Shown in pieces: positions 11,045 through 16,788 of a stretch of 38,673 nt of DNA. A program made the translations under genes and the position numbers. The notes under the pieces are model-generated. The model was not told the DNA's origin. It worked only from the letters and a program-made list of their open reading frames with translations, and searched no databases. The DNA comes from Bacilli bacterium (lineage in GTDB: Bacteria; Bacillota; Bacilli; Paenibacillales; DASWUO01). The stretch spans positions 1-38,673 of the forward strand of contig DASWUO010000059.1 of assembly GCA_036401615.1 (NCBI GenBank), read 5' to 3'. Each line of letters begins with the position of its first letter. Positions within the stretch are counted from its first letter, which is position 1.

Positions 11045-11661
11045 TTCTTTCGTCCCCCTCTTGTTTCTTCTTGAAGAAGTTGAAATACTTTCACAATCGA
11101 GGATGCTACATCGGACATTCTTTTTCTTTCATTCATAGCTTGTTTGCGCAAAAACTCATAGGCTTCCGCCTCAGAAATCTTCTTCATATCACATAGTATT
11201 TTCTTGGCTTGATCGATCCACTTGCGTTCTTCCAGTTTGGACAACAGCAGCTCTCTTTCCAGCTGCCACTGTGTGCGTTCCATATAGTGCTTGGAGCTTA
11301 GATGCAGCACCCAATTGATTTCTGCATCGTTCATTCCCATGCATAACATACCGTCCAAATCCAACTCAAGACTGCATTCACTGCTGCCTGAAGTAGATTC
11401 ATCAAACCACCACAGAAGAGGCAGGTTGCGCCAAGCCAGTATTTTTGTTCCCCACTTGATTAAATCAGGAATGGCCATTTGAAGAATAACGGCATCTATT
11501 GCCCGAAGGTTTTGTTTAACTTCTATTTCCGTATGCGCGTATATCACGCGGTAACCCATAAGCGCCAGTTTATGGGCAGGGCTTTTATGATCGGCTATGT
11601 TATTGTTTACAGGATCTTTTATAATTAAAAAAGATTGCAGCAATACTAACACTCCTTTCAT
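11041..11661 (-). CDS. ANTAR-domain RNA-binding antiterminator with pseudo-receiver N-terminal domain (AmiR/NasT-like)
   Basis: The C-terminus WIDQAKKILCDMKKISEAEAYEFLRKQAMNERKRMSDVASSIV is ANTAR. In the receiver-like half, Gln sits at the phospho-acceptor position (VILQMAIP). AAAGGAG lies just inside the track ORF, so TTG 11643 may be the true start. Confidence 0.85.
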   Translation of the reverse strand: MKGVLVLLQSFLIIKDPVNNNIADHKSPAHKLALMGYRVIYAHTEIEVKQNLRAIDAVILQMAIPDLIKWGTKILAWRNLPLLWWFDESTSGSSECSLELDLDGMLCMGMNDAEINWVLHLSSKHYMERTQWQLERELLLSKLEERKWIDQAKKILCDMKKISEAEAYEFLRKQAMNERKRMSDVASSIVKVFQLLQEETRGGRKK

Positions 11662-11792
11662 CTGTAAAGATCAACAGTTGTTCCACAAATATAACACAAT
11701 CATGAAAACTAATGTAACACATAAAACCATTAAAATTACTAATTACAGTTAAAAAAATTTATTATTGCTTTTTTTCATCTGGCACAACAAAG

Positions 11793-11844
11793 CCCGCATG
11801 CAATCCGACGTGCGCTTCTCTCGCAGACGTCGCTTGCATGCGGG
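11793..11844 (-). terminator. Long hairpin terminator after tatC
   Basis: CCCGCATGCAA...TTGCATGCGGG forms an 11-bp outer stem with an inner GACGT/ACGTC stem. On the minus strand it is followed by CUUUGUUGU. Confidence 0.55.
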
Positions 11845-11856
11845 AATTTACAATGA

Positions 11857-12600
11857 CTAGGTGATCCAGCTTTGCTCCTCCGCAAGCTGTTTGCGATACA
11901 CAATCCGAGACAATATGACACTCAACTCAAACAGCAGTATGAGCGGGATCGTCACCAGTAAGTCGGAGATGATGTCCGGAGGTGTCACCATCGTAGCGAT
12001 GACGATAAGCAGCATGTAGGCATAACGCCGCATTTTTTGCAGCCGCATCGGGTTTAACACACGAATCCGTGTCAGAAACATGACCAAGACCGGCAGCTCA
12101 AACAAGAGTGACAGAGGTATTATAATATTGAACATAAACGAAAAATACTGGGTGATCCCATACGTTTCTGTCAATCCCAGCCCATGCGTCACAGCCAAGG
12201 TGAACTGGAACGCCATCGGGAAAACAACCCGATACCCAAAGGCCAATCCGCCAAAAAATAACAGAATCGCCCAAGGGATGTATTTGAGTGCCGCTTTGCG
12301 CTCCGGCATGCGCAAGCCTGGCTTGACGAATGACCACATCTGAATAAGCGCAATGGGCATCGCTGCTGACAACGCGATAACGAACGCGATCTGCATATAC
12401 ACGCGAATGGCATCCCAAGGTGAAAATACATTCCATGAGACGTCCTTTGCCAGAGCCGCTTCCTTCAGAAACTCAAGAATCCGCTCAGCCGCAAACAATC
12501 CGCCAATCATTGCCGCCACCAAAACCACCAAAACCCAAACGATGCGGCTTCGCAGCTCGCTTAGATGATCGACAAGGGACATCTCCCGGTCTTCCCGCAT
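11857..12600 (-). CDS. tatC: Sec-independent translocase subunit TatC
   Basis: Polytopic TatC pattern with an MREDREMSLVDHLSELRSR N-terminus. I set the start to ATG 12600, just after the tatA stop; the track start 12681 would overlap tatA. Confidence 0.85.
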   Translation of the reverse strand: MREDREMSLVDHLSELRSRIVWVLVVLVAAMIGGLFAAERILEFLKEAALAKDVSWNVFSPWDAIRVYMQIAFVIALSAAMPIALIQMWSFVKPGLRMPERKAALKYIPWAILLFFGGLAFGYRVVFPMAFQFTLAVTHGLGLTETYGITQYFSFMFNIIIPLSLLFELPVLVMFLTRIRVLNPMRLQKMRRYAYMLLIVIATMVTPPDIISDLLVTIPLILLFELSVILSRIVYRKQLAEEQSWIT

Positions 12601-12625
12601 GATTTCACCAGCCTGCCCACTTTCG

Positions 12626-12868
12626 TTATTCCGGCAATCGCTTGTTATCCTTAAATTGGCCGTTTTCAACATATTGAGCATCAGATCCGCCTACTTCTTT
12701 ACGTGAAGCTTGCTGATCATCATCCGACAGCGCTTCACGCGTGCCTTTCTTAAATTCACTAAGCGTACGGCCGATCGCCCGGCCGAGCTCCGGCAGCTTG
12801 CTCGGTCCGAACAAGATAATCCCAACGAGCGCTATCAAAATCAAACCTGTGGCGCCAATACCACCCAT
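12626..12868 (-). CDS. tatA: Sec-independent translocase subunit TatA
   Basis: One TM plus an amphipathic helix, with the motif GIILFGPSKLPELGRAIG. ATG 12868 lies 8 nt after AAGGAG; the track GTG at 12877 sits inside the SD. Confidence 0.85.
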   Translation of the reverse strand: MGGIGATGLILIALVGIILFGPSKLPELGRAIGRTLSEFKKGTREALSDDDQQASRKEVGGSDAQYVENGQFKDNKRLPE

Positions 12869-12986
12869 ACGAAACACTCCTTAGGGGATGCACAAAAGGG
12901 TGCTCCCGCATTATTTTTATTTTCTGTAAAGCGGATTTCCGCCTTACAGAGCGCAATTCAGCTTCAAATGGTGTTGTAAAAGCATT

Positions 12987-13823
12987 TCACCTCATTTCAA
13001 CGGTCGGTCTGCCGTGAAGATATTCCAGCAATTCATCTTTCAGGTCGTTATAAACCGACTGGTGGATCACCTCGCGCCGCATACGGGGACGTTTGATCGG
13101 GACGGTGATGATCGTCTCTACTTTTGCCGCCGGACCGTTGGTCATCACCACGATACGATCAGATAAAAGAATCGCTTCGTCAATATCGTGGGTCACCATG
13201 ATGACAGTATCCGTACCACCCACCGGACCGCCATCGCCGTTTCCGTCTGCCGTGGGCTTCCACAGGCTGACAAGCTCATCTTGAAGTGTGGCTCGCGTGA
13301 GTGCATCTAGGGCGCCGAAGGGTTCATCGAGAAGGAGCACCTGGGGGCCAACCGCGAAAGCACGTGCAATGGCTGCGCGCTGCTTCATACCGCCTGAGAT
13401 TTCATCCGGCCGCTTATGTCTGTGCTTCCACAATCCGACCACGCTAAGATAATGCTCGACGATAGACTTCTTTTCGGCTTGTGAACGATTCGGGAAAACG
13501 GCGTCCACGACCTCATAGACATTTCCCCATACCGAGAGCCACGGCAAGAGAGAGTAATTCTGAAAGACAACGCCCCGGTCGGGGCCGGGACCGGTAACAG
13601 GCTCCCCGTCGAGGAACACTTTACCGGTCGTTGGCTTCTCCAGTCCGGCAACGATATTGAGAATCGTCGATTTGCCGCACCCGGAGTGTCCGATCAAGGA
13701 GACAAACTCGCCTCTTTCGATGTGCAAGTTAATATTTTGGAGGACTTGGAAATCGCCCTTCTTGGTTGGATACACCTTGCTGATGTTCTCAAGTTTCAGG
13801 TAGGACAATCCGTCACCCCCCAT
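12987..13823 (-). CDS. ABC transporter ATP-binding protein, nitrate/sulfonate/bicarbonate (NrtD/SsuB) type
   Basis: Walker A GHSGCGKST, signature SGGMKQR, Walker B LLLDEPF. It overlaps the permease gene end. Confidence 0.85.
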   Translation of the reverse strand: MGGDGLSYLKLENISKVYPTKKGDFQVLQNINLHIERGEFVSLIGHSGCGKSTILNIVAGLEKPTTGKVFLDGEPVTGPGPDRGVVFQNYSLLPWLSVWGNVYEVVDAVFPNRSQAEKKSIVEHYLSVVGLWKHRHKRPDEISGGMKQRAAIARAFAVGPQVLLLDEPFGALDALTRATLQDELVSLWKPTADGNGDGGPVGGTDTVIMVTHDIDEAILLSDRIVVMTNGPAAKVETIITVPIKRPRMRREVIHQSVYNDLKDELLEYLHGRPTVEMR

Positions 13824-14667
13824 AATGGAATCTTTTTTCGATATAATGAAAGCCCCTGTCCAAAACGAGACCGACTAAGCCGATGAGCACGATAGCAGAG
13901 ATGACCCGTTCCAAGCTGAGTGCGTTCCAGCTATCCCAGACGAAGAATCCGATACCGGTTCCGCCTGAAAGCATTTCTGCGGCAACGATCACCATCCAGG
14001 CGATTCCAAGGCTCAGCCGCAGGCCTGTAAGAATATAGGGCAACGAGTAGGGGAAAAGCACCTTCGTCAGATACTTCCATTTCGAAAAGCGGAAGACCGC
14101 AGCCACATTTCGGTGGTCCTTAGGAATCGACGAGACACCAAAGGCTGTGTTCACGACTGTCGGCCAGAGCGACGTAATGAAGATAATAAAGATCGTGGCC
14201 GGGCCGACCAAATGAAATACTGCCAGCCCAATAGGAAACCAGGCTAACGGGGACACTGGCCTCAGCACTTGGACAATCGGGTCGAAGAGCTGCCTGCAGA
14301 ACGGTGTCACACCCATGGCAATCCCAAGCGGCACCGCGATCAGCGCGCCCAATAGAAATCCGGCGAACACCCGCCCTAGCGAGGCTAATAGCTGCAGCCC
14401 AATTCCTTTATCGTTAGGGCCGTAGTTATAAAACGGGTTGGAGACAAGATCCCAGAAAATAGGCAGCGTACTCACGGGACCAGGAAGGGCTTTACCCGAG
14501 AGTTGGCTCGTTACTTCCCACAACAGGACGAGGAGCGTCATGCTCCCGATCAGGTAACCGGCCTTGCGCAGGCCGTTCATCAGGCCGTTCATCCAGTGGG
14601 AAGGCAGAGTGAGGCGTCTCACTGATAATACACTATGCGTGACACTCTGTTCTATTTGCTTACTCAT
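13813..14667 (-). CDS. ABC transporter permease, NrtB/SsuC type
   Basis: 284 aa polytopic binding-protein-dependent inner-membrane component, sitting between the SBP and ATPase genes. Confidence 0.85.
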   Translation of the reverse strand: MSKQIEQSVTHSVLSVRRLTLPSHWMNGLMNGLRKAGYLIGSMTLLVLLWEVTSQLSGKALPGPVSTLPIFWDLVSNPFYNYGPNDKGIGLQLLASLGRVFAGFLLGALIAVPLGIAMGVTPFCRQLFDPIVQVLRPVSPLAWFPIGLAVFHLVGPATIFIIFITSLWPTVVNTAFGVSSIPKDHRNVAAVFRFSKWKYLTKVLFPYSLPYILTGLRLSLGIAWMVIVAAEMLSGGTGIGFFVWDSWNALSLERVISAIVLIGLVGLVLDRGFHYIEKRFHYGG

Positions 14668-14672
14668 CTAGA

Positions 14673-15950
14673 TCAACCTCCGTATTGTTTTAACGATCCA
14701 GCCGGATCGCTCGGGTCAAACGTAGCGCCGTCCAGTTTGAGCTGGAAGGACTTCATGTCGTCATCGGGAATGGAGATCCCCATTTCGCCCGCGACCTCAC
14801 GGTACAGGTCCTTCATAATCAGCTTGTCGGCAATCTGCTCGTACTCCGGGTGTTTATCCAGATATCCGAAGCGGACGTACTGGCTCATAAAGAACATGGC
14901 ATGGGATTTGCGCGGTAAGTTCACGCTTCCGCCCTTGTGAAAGAGCATATAATCGTCAGTGTAGATGTGTTCGCCCAGATCGGCGCCCAAATCATATTTA
15001 CCCAGCAGGCGGTTCTCGATCGTTTCGGCCGGGGCGTTGACGTAGGCCTGGTGGCCGATCACCTTGGCGGCCTCTTTGCGGTTATCTAATTTATCGAGCC
15101 ACTGCGACGCTTCGAGGACGGCCTTCATGACGGCCTTCACCTCGTCGGTGCGGGCGCTCCAAACCTTGTTGAGGACAAGAGCCTTCTCGGTGTGGTCCTT
15201 CCAGATGTCCTGTGTGGAAATGTGGGTAAATCCTATTTTCTGCGCTACAGCTACTCCGCCCCAGGGCTCACCCACACAGTATCCGTCCATGTTGCCCACC
15301 TTCATATTGGCTACCATTTGTGGCGGCGGGATCGTGATGATCTTCAGCTTCTTCTGATCGACTCCGACCGCCCCCAACCAGTAGCGCAGCCACAGGTCGT
15401 GCGTTCCCCCGGGGAAGGTCATGGCAAAAGTCGTCTCGCGCTTTGCCATCATCTCTTCAATGGCGGTTTTGGCCGCCTTCAGGTCTCGAAAGCCGGCATT
15501 GCGGAACTCGTTGGAAAGAGTAATTGCCTGCCCGTTCGTATTGAGCACCATGGCGATCGGTAACTCACTGCCAGCCATGCCGCCAACCCCAGTGTAGACG
15601 GAGAACGGCATGCCGAAGAGGCAGTGAGAAGCATTCAGGTCGCCGGAGAGCAATTTGTCGCGTACCGCGGCCCACGAAGCTTCCTTGGTGACGTCCACGT
15701 CCACGCCGTACTTCTCAAAGAGGCCGAGTTCTTTGGCCATGACGACCGAAGCGCAGTCCGTCAACGGAATAAAGCCAATCTTGATCTTCCCTCCCTTCTT
15801 CGGGGTCGGGATCGGGCTGTTTGAGGCAACCGGAGTCTTCTCAGTATTCTTGACTCCGCATGCGGAAAGCAGGGCGCCGGGCAGCATCAATGCGGCACCC
15901 GCCACACCCGTCTTTTTCAAGAACTCTCGTCTTGTTATTTTATCTCTCAT
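14673..15950 (-). CDS. Tat-exported lipoprotein substrate-binding protein, NrtA/CmpA-like (nitrate/nitrite inferred from context)
   Basis: Twin-arginine motif TRREFLKK followed by lipobox LLSAC. The mature domain is of the NrtA/SsuA family type. GGGGAGGA lies 6 nt upstream of the ATG. Confidence 0.82.
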   Translation of the reverse strand: MRDKITRREFLKKTGVAGAALMLPGALLSACGVKNTEKTPVASNSPIPTPKKGGKIKIGFIPLTDCASVVMAKELGLFEKYGVDVDVTKEASWAAVRDKLLSGDLNASHCLFGMPFSVYTGVGGMAGSELPIAMVLNTNGQAITLSNEFRNAGFRDLKAAKTAIEEMMAKRETTFAMTFPGGTHDLWLRYWLGAVGVDQKKLKIITIPPPQMVANMKVGNMDGYCVGEPWGGVAVAQKIGFTHISTQDIWKDHTEKALVLNKVWSARTDEVKAVMKAVLEASQWLDKLDNRKEAAKVIGHQAYVNAPAETIENRLLGKYDLGADLGEHIYTDDYMLFHKGGSVNLPRKSHAMFFMSQYVRFGYLDKHPEYEQIADKLIMKDLYREVAGEMGISIPDDDMKSFQLKLDGATFDPSDPAGSLKQYGG

Positions 15951-16054
15951 AGGATTTCCTCCCCTATCATCGCAGCCGCAAGAGGAGCCATGATCGTCAA
16001 CTGCAATACTTTGATTTCTTCATTTATGAACTTAGAAAAATCAGCCACCTTCAT
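15947..16054 (-). CDS. Candidate 35-codon upstream small ORF coupled to the SBP gene
   Basis: AGGAGGGG, then 5 nt, then ATG 16054. Translation MKVADFSKFINEEIKVLQLTIMAPLAAAMIGEEIL. Its TGA overlaps the SBP ATG (ATGA at 15947-15950). Below the ORF-track size cutoff. Confidence 0.3.
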   Translation of the reverse strand: MKVADFSKFINEEIKVLQLTIMAPLAAAMIGEEIL

Positions 16055-16234
16055 ACTTACCCCTCCTGTAAATTATTTAGCCTCTCGGCATTCGTTGAGC
16101 CAATACGGGACGAAGAATTCCTTGTACTGCTAAAATCATGTTGCGCAATTTCACAACTTCCGCTGCATTTTAATGTAAGCGCGCTTTCTGTATCCCCTCC
16201 TTATCCCGAGTGTAACTAGGCATTTTCATGTTAA

Positions 16235-16286
16235 TAAAGATAACACAAAAGGCCTATCCCTCTACATCGCTGTAGGGAGGATAGGC
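16235..16286 (-). terminator. Leader intrinsic terminator of the nrt-tat operon
   Basis: Minus-strand RNA GCCUAUCCUCCCUACA-gcga-UGUAGAGGGAUAGGC (about 15 bp with one bulge) followed by CUUUUGUGUUAUCUUUAUU. It lies about 285 nt upstream of the SBP start. Confidence 0.7.
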
Positions 16287-16325
16287 TTCATTGCCCTTAA
16301 GGAGTGACACATCATTGTGCTCCTT
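16283..16325 (-). promoter_or_regulatory. ANTAR-type dual hexaloop element (nrt leader)
   Basis: P1 is AAGGAGCAC[AAUGAU]GUG(uca)CUCCUU. P2 is GGGC[AAUGAA]GCCU. Both loops have A at position 1 and G at position 4. The P2 3' arm is the first 4 nt of the terminator 5' arm. Confidence 0.7.
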
Positions 16326-16337
16326 GTTGATATTGTT

Positions 16338-16366
16338 ATTATAAATGGCATTTTCGCATATGTCAA
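16338..16366 (-). promoter_or_regulatory. Sigma-A promoter of the nrt-tat operon
   Basis: On the minus strand: TTGACA (16366-16361), a 17-nt spacer, then TATAAT (16343-16338). Both hexamers match consensus. Confidence 0.7.
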
Positions 16367-16377
16367 TAAACATAACA
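16361..16377 (-). promoter_or_regulatory. TnrA/GlnR-type box overlapping the -35 of the nrt promoter
   Basis: The minus strand reads TGTTATGTTTATTGACA, which equals TGTNA-N7-TNACA exactly. Confidence 0.5.
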
Positions 16378-16433
16378 TTAAAATTTAAAATTCATTAATT
16401 ATGCGACCTTACTCGTCTTTTTTTCTCTTTATA

Positions 16434-16450
16434 TGTCATGTTTTCTTACA
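16434..16450. promoter_or_regulatory. TnrA/GlnR-type box
   Basis: TGTCATGTTTTCTTACA matches TGTNA-N7-TNACA. It sits inside the longer palindrome TATATGTCA...TTACATATA. Confidence 0.5.
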
Positions 16451-16541
16451 TATAAAGACTTCTGATCACCATTGGCGATAAAAAGTTACGCATCTTCTTC
16501 AGTTTTTGTATTTTACTCCAATGTCATCGATCAAAAGATTG

Positions 16542-16558
16542 TGTCAATATTAATAACA
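16542..16558. promoter_or_regulatory. TnrA/GlnR-type box
   Basis: TGTCAATATTAATAACA matches TGTNA-N7-TNACA. Confidence 0.5.
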
Positions 16559-16583
16559 TGAAGAAGATATACGAGAATTTTTA

Positions 16584-16600
16584 CGTTATGTTTATTGACA
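16584..16600 (+). promoter_or_regulatory. TnrA/GlnR-type box (one mismatch) overlapping the -35 of the nas promoter
   Basis: CGTTATGTTTATTGACA. 16 of its 17 nt are identical to the box at 16361-16377 read on the other strand. Confidence 0.45.
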
Positions 16601-16624
16601 TGACATAGTGAATCGTCTTATAAT
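16595..16624 (+). promoter_or_regulatory. Sigma-A promoter of the nasA-nasD-nasE-nasC operon
   Basis: TTGACA (16595-16600), an 18-nt spacer, then TATAAT (16619-16624). Confidence 0.7.
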
Positions 16625-16666
16625 CAAGTTATCACAATAAAGGTGACTGCATATTGATTAATGAAT

Positions 16667-16703
16667 TTAAACACAACGTTGTGTTTAATTGGCAATGAGG
16701 CCA
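16667..16703 (+). promoter_or_regulatory. ANTAR-type dual hexaloop element (nas leader)
   Basis: P1 is UUAAACAC[AACGUU]GUGUUUAA (8 bp). P2 is UGGC[AAUGAG]GCCA. Both loops are A1/G4. The P2 3' arm GCCA lies within the terminator 5' arm AGGCCAU. Confidence 0.7.
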
Positions 16704-16754
16704 TTTCGGGATCCATAAGGATCTTCAGATGGCCTTTTTATGTGTTTTATTTTT
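16698..16754 (+). terminator. Leader intrinsic terminator of the nas operon
   Basis: AGGCCAUUUCGGGAUCC-auaa-GGAUCUUCAGAUGGCCU pairs 17 positions with one C-C mismatch and three G-U wobbles. It is followed by UUUUAUGUGUUUUAUUUUU. Confidence 0.75.
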
Positions 16755-16788
16755 AAAAAATAGAAAAAATTTCAAGGGAGAATCTACT

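Noticed and set aside
12924-12949. Hairpin CTGTAAAGCGGA/TCCGCCTTACAG between the nrt ATPase gene and tatA
   Set aside because: On the transcribed (minus) strand it is followed by an A-run, not a U-run, so it is not a canonical terminator. It may be an RNA stability element, but there is no further evidence.
11857-15950. Apparent higher GC content of the nrt-tat block, as a sign of horizontal transfer
   Set aside because: This is only an eyeball impression from a few 60-nt samples. Other genes in the window (nasC, the TrpD2-like gene) looked similarly GC-rich. It needs a computed GC and codon-usage profile.
16729-16788. N-terminal 20 codons of the track nasA ORF
   Set aside because: This ATG lies inside the 3' arm of the leader terminator and has no SD. 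ATG 16789 has AAGGGAG upstream and starts a normal MFS N-terminus.
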